A stretch of 64,000 bases of DNA from Amoeboaphelidium protococcarum X5 (GCA_023515725.1 JALDTO010000266.1:1757608-1821607), one strand, 5' to 3'. Positions 13,026 to 27,081 are shown, counted from the first letter of the stretch. The notes: generated by a model from the sequence alone, not told the origin. Program-made: numbers and translations.

Positions 13026-15446
13026 ATGAATCTATATACTTTGGTTGTGATACTTTTAACGTTCATCATCTCATTGTATGGTAAAGTTGGCGTCCAAGGA
13101 GTAACAGAAACATTAAGACTCAATCTGGTGTTTAGTAACGAAGTCTCAGAACCAGTTCAACGTCATTTGATTGAATTATTGTAGTAATCAGTTGGAAAAG
13201 ATGCGCTTTTATTTAATTGCAATGGTAGTAACGCGTCAAATATAGCAGATTACACCATATAATTTGGACCGGTGGTGACTGATAAATTGACACGGCTCAA
13301 TCACTCAAGGGAGGAGAAATTCGAAATTGTTTCAGAAAACTAACATGGACTTGGAAAGGTTATCGCTTGCCATGGCTCTGCTTAGAATTTCACTGGTAAA
13401 TACACTCGCAGATTAAATGCCAACATTGGACTTCTGTACTGTGCTTATGAAATACTCCATCAAATTGGCTTCGTGTTTCTTCACTCTGAGTAGCCTGTGA
13501 TACCGCCTGCTAACGCTATTTGGTATGGATTGTCCAAGCTGAAATCCATGCCTTCTCAGAGTCCTTTATATCCAATAAGAAGATGGCACATACACACTCA
13601 GCATCCCTTACCACTAACTACCTTCCTCAATGGCCTGTCACTGCGTTCTCCCGTCGATGGTTAAATCTCAACTCCATGGGAGGATATGATACCGTTATTT
13701 CACCTCAAGTTGTAATGGTTAATTGCCAATAAGTAAGAGTCCTTAGAATGGGTACTGTTGTGGCATAAATCTTATATCGAGAGCATGGACTTGCGTTTGC
13801 AGAGATTAAAACGCATAATGCAATCGTGCGAGATGTGGGCAATCAATTGCGGATTTGATATTCCTCTCTCATTATGGCAATAGCACAGTTTACTGCTGAC
13901 TCAGAACTTGCACACTGGTTCTACATGGTATGCATAATCCAACTTGGAAAGTAACACGAGATTATTTCTCAGCATTGGACAATTTATATCTACCGAGATT
14001 GGTTCATCTGAATTCACGGCAACCTCGTGCTCTAATACTTTGTAGCATCTGAATGTACTGGGTGATATTGCGTAGCGCGAATATGGTGTACAAGTCTTTG
14101 TAAAGATTCATGTCAGTTAGGGATTGAGGTGCCAAATAAATGGATCAACAGTCAACTTCAACTTTCTACCCAGCTTGGCAAATGAGGGAATAGCGCTGAT
14201 GCCTCACACTGTGTAACTGTCTGCATTGGATGAACCTGTGCTCAGCTATGGAAACTTTGATTCCAAATTTATGCTGGACTACATGTTCAACAACTCCGTA
14301 AATGCAGAGAAGTCAATTATATATTATCCAGAGACTTCTTATTGGGTAAATTTTGATATTGATGTCCCCCTATTTCTGTCCCCATTGTATGCTTATAATC
14401 GGATGCGTGATGTGCGCATGATACATGAGCAAGTCGTTCTCACAGACCGACCACTGCTAGGATAAATGGTTTTCGAGAGTGGTGAAGATTGGGCGTATGA
14501 TATTGCTAATGTTATAGCTGCTAGATTGAGCTATGATCATCGATTCTTGGAGCTGAATGAACGAGATGCGTTTATGCACCTAATTGAACCAGTTGCCATT
14601 GCAGTTATCGGAGCTTCAATGGATGCTGTTGATCCTTAATTGATTAATATGGTAAATTATGCGTTGTATGACATCACTATGGCTCTGAAGGAGCATTTAT
14701 AGTTTGTTGATTCTAGTGGCACCATGTCTTTGGCGTATCTAATTGGGAGAGATACTTGGTCAGAGTTGGGATCAATGTTTTAAAACTTGATGGCAAATCT
14801 ACCGCGGCGACCAAGTTTCAGATCTATCAGGCGGATGGCCAGTTAACCAATGCATGACAATTTTTACTAGTCAACAATACGAGGGTAGCTGATAAAGATA
14901 GCCAGAGGTATGATGCGTATTGACAAAGTGTGGGCTGCTGTAGGAGAAAGCATTGGACGAAGAACTACAGTTCATTATAATCTCATCAAAAGATGTATTG
15001 AAATGACCACATTTAGAGCCATCTAAATGTATCATTTGTATGAGGCTTCCTATTTCATGTCTCAAGCGCATAATCAAATGGTTGAAGATTGGCACTTAAA
15101 GCAAGCTAGATTCTACACAGAAACGGCTATTAAAACGACTCAAGATTCTTAACGTTTCCTCATTGGTGATATAAGCATGAAAGCTCAGTGGAACGCGTAT
15201 AATCCAACCGTTTACAAGTATCAATATCTCTGGACTGCTTTCTCAGGCTATTACTTTATTCGAGACTACTAAATTATTTAATCTCATGCTCAATCACGTA
15301 TAATTCTGCCTTGTTTTATGAATATAATTGATCCCTTGGACGTTGCATTTGGAATAAAAAGTTCGCCATTGTTGAGTTTTATTACTGAATGTTTGTATGT
15401 ATAGGATGCTGAACCAGCTAAATGGAAGAAATATGCGTTATAGTGA
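13026..15446 (+). CDS. Uncharacterised secreted protein (~806 aa), possibly glycoside-hydrolase-like
   Basis: Signal-like MNLYTLVVILLTFIISLYG. The start, the 14226 ORF and the TAG-TGA end at 15441-15446 share one frame. Blocks that look conserved: GLLYCAYEILHQIGF, WHIHTQHPL, YYPETSYWVNFDIDVPLF. Confidence 0.8.
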
Positions 15447-15831
15447 GTGCCGATCTGTTATGTGTTAATTGCCAATTTACTTCGACGAGTTGGAGTTTGT
15501 AGCAATCCACTGAACACGACGAGTGTAAATATTTTATCTGTCTCAATCTCTAAGACTAGAGAATTGCATAAAAGGCTCTTTCTGGTGCATGTTACGGTGG
15601 TCGAAAATTATGTTGTTAAATTTGTTACTCGCATACTGTTAGTAATTGTAAAAAGTACCAATATATGGCATTGTAAATACAAATGTAGTATATTGTGATA
15701 CTGGTCGTTTAATGATTTGTCAGTAGCAGATGGTTTTCTTTTCAGAGACTCGACAATTGGTTTCAATTAAGAATTCAGTGCATCGAATTACTGACTGAAT
15801 TGTGCGCGCCATAGTCGCTCCTTCTTGTCCA

Positions 15832-16128
15832 TCAGATCAATTTGCCCAGGATGGAATGATCAGCCTTGGCTTCGTATTTCATCAGATCTAATTTAGCCAC
15901 GACCTGAGCGCTCCAATCCTCAGATTTCTTCACCATGCGATCAATTCTCGTTATGATATCAGCATGTTAGAAATCAGCCTTGTTGGCATTCAACTTCAGT
16001 TGTTCACTTGAAAGTTCAATGGATTGTAGGTCAACACTGTTATACTACTGCGCTGAGATGTATGATAGCCCACCCAAGGCAGTTACCGGAAGAGTAAAAC
16101 GCTCAAAGAACACTTTGTTTGCACTCAT
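15832..16128 (-). CDS. Small hypothetical protein (98 aa; N-terminal hydrophobic segment plus helical tail)
   Basis: MSANKVFFERFTLPVTALGGLSY...GKLI*. A TATATAAG element lies about 50 nt upstream and the ORF fills an otherwise empty gap. Confidence 0.5.
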
Positions 16129-16608
16129 TACTTAGTCTCTGATTAATTTGGCATGGCAAGTACTTTTCAGAATGCTTATATAAAGCTTTCTTGACGTGTG
16201 TACTATTACTGTTCTACCAATCGTAAAGAAGTGAGACTTGATCAATTTGAAACATCAGCAAGCGTCTAATCAGCATCAGCATCAAACTCAATTGATTTGA
16301 AACGTGAAAGCCTCAAACGTTCCTTAAACGGTAATAAATTCCCAAAACAGCGTAACATGAATCAGTATTGAATTTGAAACTACCAAAGGATACTTTATTT
16401 CTAACATAGCACTGTCTACAGATGCCCCGTAATTCTGATGGCTAAAAGTCTCTTTTGAGTCGAAATTACGCGCATCAATCGAATTTCAGTAATGTGCCAG
16501 GAAATTCAATTGTTGCTCTCTTCGCGTCTTCTTACCCGTTCACCCTTCTTATTCTTCTGATCACAACTCTACAGCACAGAAGTAGAATAATATTACTAGA
16601 ATATAACG

Positions 16609-18837
16609 ATGAGCGATTCTGAATCAGACAATGCAGTGTATTGCATATGTTAATAAGAAGATGATGGTTCATTTATGATTAATTGCGATAAATGCTCCCA
16701 ATGGTTCCATGGCCGATGTGTGAGCATCACAACAGACACTGTGCAGATTACAGATTCGTGGAATTGTCCTGATTGTCGCGCAGCTAATAACCCCTCTGGC
16801 ATTATACGTGCTGTCAATTCTCCACTGCAGTTGGGAAAGAAGAGAAAGTCTGTTGATAAATTATAAGCGGTAAAAGGTAAGAAGAGGCGTCAAAAGACTC
16901 CAGCTTCGGAGAAGGAGTAGACTGCGCTCATTCAGTAATAAGAATAGCAATAGTAAAAGAGTGAATGGGAACTCAATCCAGTACGCGTCAAAGTGGTTGA
17001 AAGCTTTCGGAAATTACTTGCAGATTCTTAAGCTCTTGATGATGCTGCATCTTAATTGGGTAGATTGTAGTCTCTGGCAGAGTCTTTGGAGAGTGAAATG
17101 TTCAATGTTCATGGCGTTAAAGATGCTCAACACTCTTCTGATCAATGTGGTGATGCGTACAAGGAGAAATTCCGATTGCTGCTGGTCAATCTACGAAAGT
17201 CCAATAATTCACGTATAATCAAGAGATTGCTGGAAGATGAAATATCACCTGTTGATGTAGTTGGTATGACAGCTGAAGACTTTACTGATGAAAAGTTGTA
17301 GTAGGAGAAAGAGCTGATCTTGTAAGAGTCTCTCCGTAACAAGATTTTAACTTCTCAGCAGGCATCAACGATATTTAAAAAGACTCATAAAGGTGATGAA
17401 GTGGTGAAGATGAGTGATGATTATGATAAAACATCGCCTCATTCTTCTTCCACTACTACTGTTAACCATAATGATTAATATGGTTCCACGCAGTCTTCTA
17501 CCAGACCTTCATCCGCTAATAGCATTAATTCTTCTACAGACTTCATGCGGCTATAAACGGGTGGTGTTGAGAGTCCACAGGAGAGTTATACACCATCTGC
17601 TCCATCGTCCTTGTCCACCTCCAGAGAAGCGTCTACCGCCTCATTGTCTGATTAGGCTGACATGGTTGTCGGGTCCTATGGTGCTGATGGATAATCTGGC
17701 TCGATTTAATCTCCTACTCCTGGTTCTGAAGATCTTACTGATACCTTTGGATTCAAAGTTGACTCTCACAATCCGACACATGACGCGTCTATGTCCAACG
17801 ATCCATTGTAACAGTCTCAATCACTGGAGAAAAATGTCAAGAAATCGTCTCCATCCTAATCTGGTGTGAGTATATTGGATGCTCTACTAGCCACCGTTGA
17901 TACAACAGTCACGTCTCCAGTCAAGTATACTCCGTAGTATCACTAGTTTGGATTTGATGCAGAAGAAGAAGAGGAGGAGGAGAGGCGGTCTATGGAGTCT
18001 ATTGAGTAGTAGGAGATTAAATTCCCGCCTAAGGATAGATTGAAATGGTAAGGTAATGTAAAAATGGATGGTGTTGGTGATTTTGATGTATAACTCTATG
18101 GCTTGCCAGAGATGGAGTCTGTATTTTAGAATCTATGGACCGAGTTGGGTGAAAAGCTCCGAATCCATGGTAGAATATAGCCTAGTGCAGTTGAAAAGTA
18201 TATTTTTCAGTAAATAGACGTCCCAAGCAGGGAGATTATAGTTGCAGAGCTGTATCCAAGCTCTCGACACTCTGGTTTTGACGATATCTACAACTACTTC
18301 AAGGAGAAAGACCGTTACGCCGTGGTACCCAAGGTACAGCCAGCTGTAAAAGATTGCTACTTGATACCGTGCGGTTAACATCAGGATTCGTATTCGATCG
18401 ATGTCTTGCAGCAATTGGACATTCAACTCAGCGCTGATAGAAATTGTGACATCCTCATCATGGTCCTGGTTGTTGGTAAAGATCTGATGGCTAAATCGAC
18501 AAAAAAGCAGTTATCTTAAGAAGATTTAGTGTAATCGGTATAAGAAGAAAAGCAGACAGTCACTGTTGGCCTGACTAGAGAGAACCTTCAACTTAGTCAA
18601 CCGGAAGAAGTGCCGGACATTAATGCTGCACTTTCAATCTTGGGATAAGCTTTTAGTAACGTCGGTTAATTCAACTATCCTCAGCAGTAGCCAGCAGCAG
18701 CAGTATAGCCTGCTCCGGAATCTGAATATGCTGGAATTCATCCGTCACGACTTGCTTAATTGGCTCAGCCATAACGCGATAGTAATGGATCATCGCAATC
18801 ATCCTATCGCGGAGGACATTACGGAAACTATCAGTGA
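16609..18837 (+). CDS. PHD finger / TFIIS-M / SPOC transcription factor (Bye1/PHF3/DIDO-like)
   Basis: VYCIC...MINCDKCSQWFHGRCV...WNCPDC; YKEKFRLLLVNLRK...KKTHKG; SPOC-like WQGNVKM...IHGRI...YFKEKDRYAVV...VKDCYLIP. Confidence 0.9.
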
Positions 18838-18950
18838 AATAAATTGTTTGTAGCAATACCTATATATAGTACTATTATGAAAGTAATCTTTTTTTTGTGT
18901 TAATGTCCCTCTTTACTGTGTTAATCTCTAAACAATCAATAGTGCAAAGA

Positions 18951-19746
18951 TCATAATGGAAAAGTAAAATGAAGAGAGAGATAGTGAGCAATAGATTATG
19001 TTTAAACAAGAAATGACGGAATTGCAGAGATGTGATAGCCTTGCCTTCCTTTAAGTGCCATGTAAATGTAATACGATTGGAATCCTACATGTAAACATTT
19101 AATTGAGTTATATTAACGCATAAATTAAAAAGAATAAATGCGTACCTCCAGGTAATCCTATGAGCAATCCAATGATCAACAACACGACGGCTATCGAGTC
19201 ATAGTTCGCTTGAAACGCGAAGATTGAACCTGCCAGAAAACACAAGCCAAAGAATGCCATAGACAATGCAGCCAGTATCGTACTGAAATACTACCGGAAT
19301 CTCGGATGATTCTACCAGTCGCCCTGATACTCTTTGGTGTTATTCGAACGCACTTGAGATTTAGGATAACTCAACAGTGATCTCCTATCTGATCCATTTT
19401 GTTTTAATGGAATTTCCCCAGGGCTTTACGATGACTACAATTAATTGTTATGTTAATCAGAAATCATCGTGATTTGAACACTAAATCTTACATTAATAGC
19501 AGTCATTTAAGGTACACCAAATTCAAGCTCTTCGCCATCATTAGAAGACTACATCAGATGCGATTAGCATAAACGTATATTGTACACATATATAATACTT
19601 ACATCCAGTGCGTAAGAGTATAGGCTAATATCTCCTTGTTCACTCTCAGCTTTCTCAGTGGTTGAAACAGAATCGTCGGCAACACCAATGTGGCTGATGC
19701 TAGCCAACATCCCTGATTATGACTCTCGATGCTGATGTTACGGCAT
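18951..19746 (-). CDS. TMEM134/TMEM230-family two-TM protein; 3 introns (19549-19602, 19435-19491, 19085-19145)
   Basis: Spliced product contains WQNHP..., two TM segments and LPGGFQSYYIYMALKGRQGYHISAIPSF. The GT..TGTAG introns keep frame. Confidence 0.75.
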
Positions 19747-19968
19747 ACTTCACTCTTATTTCAGTTTTCCTTTAAATGAAATTGCCAATAAAATAAGCTG
19801 CCGATTTCTTATAAATTGAATAAGTGCAGAAACAGAGACTGTTTCTTACTGAAAGGTAACCCCGACTTCTATTAATAGAATTCATCAGATTGACAACATG
19901 AACACAATCTCATCACAACAACGAGCAGGGAAAATAGTACATATATTTAATTTCATATTATATAGTAT

Positions 19969-21413
19969 TCATTTCTTGTTAATATCAAAATGCTTTTTGA
20001 TTCCACCCCATGTATTTTCCACGTATTACTGCTGAACAACACCACATCCTTCAAGTCCCCAACGCGTCAGTGAGAGCATAAGACTCGTTTCAAACATGAA
20101 CGCCTGAGTTCCATCTGCAACACGCTCAGGCTTTAACTCTTTAGACGTATCTGATGCTTTTTCATACACATTCGCATCTGGACCATGTGGAGTCATATGT
20201 GAGTGAAGCGATGCACCTCCCGCAGCAAATCCATCCTCCTTCCCCTCATACTAACCCAGAATTAAGCCCATGAATTCAGATGCGCAATTTCTGTGAAAGT
20301 ATGGCGGACGGAAAGTCCAATTCTAAACGGCCCATCTTGGTGGGAATATAACAAAATCGGCGATAGGTAAACCAGGTAAAGCACTCTTAGCAGTCAGCAC
20401 TGTAAATATTGATGGATCCATATGATCAAAAGCCGTGGCATTAACAACGCAGAACTAGTTCAAATCATACTTGTACGGGACATAGTTACCATGCCATGCC
20501 ACGACATCAAAAGGACTGTGCTCTTGTGTGGCTTCATACACTTCGCCCGCATACTTGTTCAAAATCTTAAACTTGACACCGACATCACGATCTTCATACT
20601 ATGCAACTGGATGAAGGAAATCGCGTGGATTCGCCAGACCATTCGCTCCTATAGGACCCAAATCAGGCAGTTCAAAATGACCACTAAACAACTCCATTAT
20701 GTATCCTCTTACAGGCCCATCTGTTAACTTTACAGCAAATTTAATTCCTCTTTATATTACCGCAATCTCATTAGGCGCCACACTCACCCGTCCAAACTCG
20801 GTTGATATATCCAAGGTGCCTTGCTATGGAACAATAAGGAAATCTCCGTCAGAGTTCAAAAAAGCTAAATCCACCATATCCACGTTGGCTGTGTAGACGT
20901 GAATAGCTAATCCACTCTTTACTTTAGGATCTCCAGCACCACAGACAGTTCTCAATCCTGACACAAAGTCTTGTTTGTCGCCATCCTTTGGCATACTGAA
21001 TGGAGACCATCTCAATTGATTTGGAATTGCTTACGCACCTCCATCAGCGCTAAAATCAGCACTTATAAATGGGAAACTTTCGCTCCGTCTGAACGAAGAA
21101 TGACAAACTGATGGGCGAATTCTATACAGCCAACTACACACGTTCACATGAGTTCATTGTCGAATAAATGAAGTAAATATTTACATAAAGAATATTCAGC
21201 GATTCAAGCATACCTTCTCTAGTTCAGATGGCGAGGCATTGTGAAAGCAGAGCCTGACAATTGCTCAGCGTAGAGGCCGTATGGACATCTTTGAGGCGTG
21301 TTTTAACCTAAGGGCAAAGCACCTTCCAGCGACTCTGAATGCAGCTCATTTCCAAAGCCACTCAAATATTAATAGGGATCCTTTTTATTAGAAGCGACGC
21401 TGGGTGGGATCAT
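19969..21413 (-). CDS. HGD: Homogentisate 1,2-dioxygenase; intron 21134-21213
   Basis: [86 protein letters not shown]. Confidence 0.97.
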
Positions 21414-21682
21414 TAGAACTTGGATCGTAAAAATGTTCAGTGATGCAAGTTTAACTTTAAGGCGCAATAAGAGAGCAGTGTCAACTCGTGCGCGGCCTGT
21501 GGGAAAACGAAGTCGTGCGATAAGTTTGGCCGTTTTTTAGATTTGACACTGGTTGCATAACTGTTGCACTGTATCATTATTAGCTTAGCTGTAAAAAATT
21601 AAATATCTGCAGGTGATGGAATGGAACCTTTTTATATTTCAATCATCATCATCTTTATACTCTCGGCGAGCGAAGATTCCAT

Positions 21683-24538
21683 TCATTATCGGCGCTGTTA
21701 AACTTACCATGGTTTAACACGAGTTAGCAGATTATTCATCATGATACTTAGAGCATATACGTCGCCAGCTTTCAATATTGACGGCGATGTTTCGGTCTAA
21801 CCCATTTTAAATCGTTTCAGCAATTCAGGAGCAGCATAGGACAGAGACAATCCACGCTACTAACTCACCTGGAAAGCTGACACCAACAGCGCGTTATCTT
21901 CCGTAATAGCAGAAATACCCAAATCAGACAACATTGGGACTAACCAGCCATTTTCATCCAAATCCAACAGCACATTCTGAGGTTTAAGATCACAGTGTAC
22001 AACGTGCTAACTATGCATGTAAGCAATGGTTTGAGAAAGAATAAGCATCAGTTTATGCATCTGATTCTTGGACAATGGATACATTTACGCGGTCACACTT
22101 TACCCAAAAACATATCCTGCCAAATCACCCATAGGATAATACTTGATTAACATCACTGCTTAGTCTGTATCACAATAGCCATGTAGTCTCGTGATGTACG
22201 GAACATTTCTGAACTTATAAAGCAAACTCAGCTCTTGATAAAAAGCCTACTGCTCATTAACTTTCATGTGTGAAAAAGGACGTGTGCTCACTTTGGCAAC
22301 AACTTAACCACCACTTACTTATTACACTAATGATGATGCAATAGGACGAGCCATGTAAATCTTGGACGTTCCACCGGCAGCAATCTAATTCTGCACTTGA
22401 AAATCAACGCCAAAATTGAATTTGAAAAAAACTGGAATGTAAATAGCGTAATTGGTAGGCAGTGCAGTAGTGTTAGTCTACATGGCTGTTCCAAATACAG
22501 ATGTAGTGTTCTGCTAGTAAGTAGAATCTGTACCAGCTTTTGGACTAGCAGTAAACTTTGGTCTTTTGCGCCAATATCTTCTAAGCATTATAAGACTGGC
22601 AGCGATAGATGCCAAAGCAATAATCACATAGGCCAAAATGCTAAGCCCTTGTACCGCAAATTGCCCATTTGGATTGGAATTTGCGTGTGAAACTAAATCT
22701 CGCTGATCTTGTGTGGTGGTGCTACTTTTATATACGGCTCCTACACCATCGAAAGGCCCACAGAATGCACAGGACAGGTAATTCTAGGAGCTGGTGAGTG
22801 AGTTTTAAACATTCAAGCCACTACCCGACATTGAAGTTGGAATACTTGTTACCGTCATAGAACTGTTAGCAGACATTAAATTTAACGTCGACAAACCAAG
22901 TAACGCAATAGACGTACTCGTCACAGCAACAGTAGATAAACTAGATAAAGTAAGTGCAGATGCAGTGATAGAGGCGGCGACTACGGTCGTGCTGGTAGTT
23001 GGAGTAGTCGTAGTAATGATAGTAGGAGTAATGGTGGTAGTTTTCGGAGTTGTAGTTGTAGTAGTAGTAGGGGTGGTCGTAGTGGTGGTGGTGGTGGTAC
23101 TAGTCGTCGTCGTGGTAGTAGTAGTCGTCGTAGTGGTGGGAGTCGTCGTCGGAGTAGATGTAGTAGTAGTTGTTGTCGTAGTAGTAGTAGTAGTAGTACT
23201 GGTAGTTGTCGTAGTAGTAGTAGTAGTACTGGTAGTTGTCGTAGTGGTAGTGGTGGTGGTTGTAGTAGTCTTAGCAGTTGTCACCATAGCTTAGAACGGT
23301 CTTGCTTAAGCATCTTCTACCACCAACATACAGAATTGATAAACATACTCATTTACAATACGATAATCGTGAGCTAAATTAACGTTACCATATCCATCAA
23401 CTACAATCCCTCTGCCGACATCATTCCACGGAGAACCAAGCATTATTGACAGCTAAGTCGGCCCACGAGCCAAAGTAGAGGGATTTATTTCTGCAAAATA
23501 CGCATCTGAATTGATGACGGAACCTATCTAAGCTTGTGAGGCAAATCCTTCAGCTAGTCGCAACCCCCTAGTCGATCCAGATACCCACACCTTGCCAGAG
23601 TAAAAATCGACATCTATAGCCTCAAGAACCTCGTCGTCAGAAGAGCCATAAATCATACTTTACGGAAGCTTGCCACCGTTTGAATCAAATGCGGTAACCC
23701 AAAAATCATAACCGCCATAATACGTTTGTCCATTTATAGCCCTACGGATGTATCCTGCTGCGAACACTTTATCTTGCCCCAAACTGAGGGCGATGGCATT
23801 GAATCCAGAATTTATATAATCAGAGCTTGGCTAGTACTCAGAGATCATTTATCCGTTACTTGGCGAGTAGACTCCCAAGTAGGCAATGTTATTTACAACA
23901 CCTCCGACGTAAATGTAGCCATTCGCATTTTTAGACACGACAATAGATCGAAACTCACAGCTACCAGTTGTAGATTTTTAGATAGTCCATACATGGGACT
24001 TATTTGCTCGATACTTTGAAATAAAGCATTGAGCCATTGACGATTAGACATCATTGACGTTGTTTATTTAGCCAGTAGTATAGCCAGCCACATATACAAA
24101 CTCATTATAAGAGTCAACAAAGACAGACTTAGGAACATCGTGATACTTGGAGCCAAATATCAGAGTCCAAATAAAAGTGCCGCTAGAGTCCAATTTTAAC
24201 AGCACAACATCACCGCCACCAAGCACAGTCTGGTTATTAAAGGACCTCACACAATAACCAACAGTATAGATTTCTTGCGTGGCAGTGTCAATGCTGAGGG
24301 CAGATAAAATTTCACCTGTTCCTGGGCCAAATGAGATTCTGCGAATATCCTTTTTAGTAGCAGGGGAGAAGTTATACAGCGCGTATTTTTCACGGTCTTA
24401 TCCCGACATCCAGATAGAGCCATCTGAGCTTAACCGAATCCCAGTGGCTGATTATAGGACATCGTCGTATCTAGTTATCACAGCGAGGACGAGTTATGAC
24501 AAGAGGAGAGGCACAAGAGTCCACCGTAAGCTCACCAT
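21683..24538 (-). CDS. Receptor-like protein kinase, apparently intact paralog of 3550-6368
   Basis: MVSLRWTLVPLLLSQLVLA signal, propeller repeats (DVVLLKLDSSGTFIW; VYVAGYTTG), Thr stalk, CAFCG, TM LSILAYVIIALASIAASLIML-RR, kinase VVAK/HCDLKPQN/SDLG/YAAPE, ending KPWQVQQRRQ*. All checked segments share one frame. Confidence 0.9.
22980..23284 (-). repeat. Thr-codon repeat encoding a mucin-like stalk
   Basis: GTA/GTG/GTC/GTT runs on the + strand equal poly-Thr on the - strand. Confidence 0.95.
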
Positions 24539-25420
24539 GATAAATGATTGTTTCAATAAGCAATGTTATATAGTATAAGACGCTTATATTCATAAATAGG
24601 AGGATAAGGCAATAATTGCAATTTACCGAAATCAGTAGCCAAAATACCCTATATGCTTTACCTTGAGGCCAAAAATAGCACAGTACATGTGCACGAGGAT
24701 AACCAGATTCATGATGGCCTGCGGTGATTTTAGTAATATACTAAATGATAGTAAAAATCGCTGTGAACGGAGGCTCGTGTAAATTGCTAGCGTTAAATAA
24801 TAGTATTGCCGATTATGTTGAGGACTATTGCAGGATAAAGAATACTTTTACGCCCTGCTGGTGACTGATAGCCAATCAGCTAACTTGATAAATAAAGCGG
24901 GCACCATATTGTTAGACGAGTAGAATGTGTCGAAGGTTATTAGAGTTGAGTTCATCAAGGAGTGATCAAGGAGACGCACCTCTTTCCCAGAGTGATCGAT
25001 TAACATGACTTTAGTGAATATTATGAGGGAATAAAATAGTAATGGAAGCTGTGTCTTCTCTCCGAGCTTGTATGCTCATCCGGGCTGTGTTTCCCATCAG
25101 GACTGTGTTTCCTAATCTTCTGGTGTCCTCACTGCTGTGCTCAGTGACCCACCTAACACATATCCTAAGCCCTGTAGGCATTTACACCTTTGTTAACATA
25201 TAAATTATTTCAATGGGTCAGAAACACTATTAAGATATAAAAAAATAAATATTATTGTACCTTATGGTATTCATCGCTTCACCTATGTAACTGGACTTAT
25301 ACTGTTAAGTGATCTGGAGAGGCTAGGTGGCCGTCTGTTATCGTGCGTGACTTTCTACACCATCGTTAGACCAACTTATCGTGATAAAAATTAATAATGT
25401 CATATTTCTTAAGACCATGT

Positions 25421-26869
25421 TCATTCAAAATTTGTTAGCTTATGACAAAGTTCAGCTCTGAATTCATCGATGCTTAACTCTTTGCTCCTGTTACCCATTG
25501 ACCTTCCACGCACCGCTAACCGACCCGATTCACATTCGCGTTCTCCAACAACCACCACGTAATTGTATGCAAGATCATGCGCTACAGCAATTTTCTTCTG
25601 TAACAACTCGTCCGAATCATTAATGTCAATAAAGCAATGCTGGCTCATAGGATCTTCAGGATGAATGACGGCGAGTTGATCTTTAACGGCATTCGCGCGT
25701 TCCAGTACAGTAGCTTTGGATTGATCGGATCGATAAACTGGTATAATCAAGATTTGACGCGGTGAACACCATAGTGGCCACTTCCCTTGACAATATTCTG
25801 CATATATAGCCATGAATCGCTCTAAACTACCGCAAATGGCACGATGAATCAGCACAGGCCGTTTCAATTACTAATCAGAGTCCACATACTCTAATTAGAA
25901 CTACTACGGAAGTTGAAAGTCCAACTACACAGTTCCCAGCTAATGCTATCTATTAGCAGCATCGCTTACTCTGAAATCAATCTTGGGACCATAAAAACTT
26001 CCATCTCCAGAATTAACTTCCCATTAATTAGGAAACTGTTCATTAAGTACCTGCGATAGAATGCTCTCTGCCAAGTCCCATGATTGAACATCGCCAATGT
26101 ATCCACTCTCTGGACGCGTACTCAACACAACATCAAACCGTTAAAACTTGAAAACTTTTGTATACAGATGATTTATCAGTTAAACAGTTTCGCTTATGCA
26201 AGAATACGTTTACTAGGGAGTACAGAAGATATGAGCATCATCCTAATGAAATTGTCTCAATCTAGTCAAGCCAGTCAGAGCACCGCTCAATTCATTACGA
26301 TGCAGAGCACTGAAATCTGCCAACTTTACAGGCAAATCACGATAAGATCTTGACTCTGACTGATAAATGACACAGTGAGATGGACAATTCATAGGCTTAA
26401 GACCCATTTGCTATTCAGTATTAACATTGCTTGATATTTCATTAACTGTTGACTATGACAATTTCCCGTGTCCCATTTATTGCTATTACTAAACAAAGAA
26501 CATCTCTGACGCGTACTGATCCAAATGACCAGAAGTCTTCCACAACGATGACGACAACATCACTGGTGTTTATACTTCGTCATATCCATATCGAGAGTAT
26601 GCATTACGGAGTACGTTCTTAAAAGAATTAATAACGCGCATTCCATGAGGAAGTATCAGCGGTGTAGCAGGTGAGCATGGATGTTAAAGAAAAAGCTTCT
26701 ACACTTTATTGATTTCTCTATGATCTTTACAAGATATATCATTAATCTTTTGTTGTTGCACAGGATTCTTTTTAATGAATTGCTTAGTAGCTCCTTCACC
26801 AGCCGAGTATCTCTGTACAGCGAACCTCATATTGCCAATATTAGGCGCAATTTTACTCTATCTAAACAT
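25421..26869 (-). CDS. Mitochondrial threonyl-tRNA synthetase (no N-terminal editing domain, MST1-like)
   Basis: Presequence-like [96 protein letters not shown]. Confidence 0.93.
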
Positions 26870-27081
26870 TGTAATCTATTCAGCGAGCAATAGATAATAA
26901 GGCTAATAGTCATGTTTTGTTAGGTCAAAAGAGGGCGCGTTTGAGATTCGTCCCATCTGTCTTTCATTTGGTTCGCGCTCGTTCAATTCGTTATCTTCTT
27001 CCTTTGGTCGACTCTAAACAACATTACAACAGTCTTGTGTTATAGGTGGAATTATAAATTTGTCTCATCTGGTGTAATAAT

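Noticed and set aside
12790-13084. ORFs 12872-13084 (+) and 12790-13026 (-)
   Set aside because: They lie in the APE2/secreted-protein divergent promoter; the real gene starts at ATG 13026 in another frame.
24600-25400. Possible ORF or element upstream of the second RLK, with short CTGTGTTTCC direct repeats at about 25085-25112
   Set aside because: No recognisable protein, terminal repeats or target-site duplication. TGA-free runs of 100+ codons arise by chance with a single stop codon.
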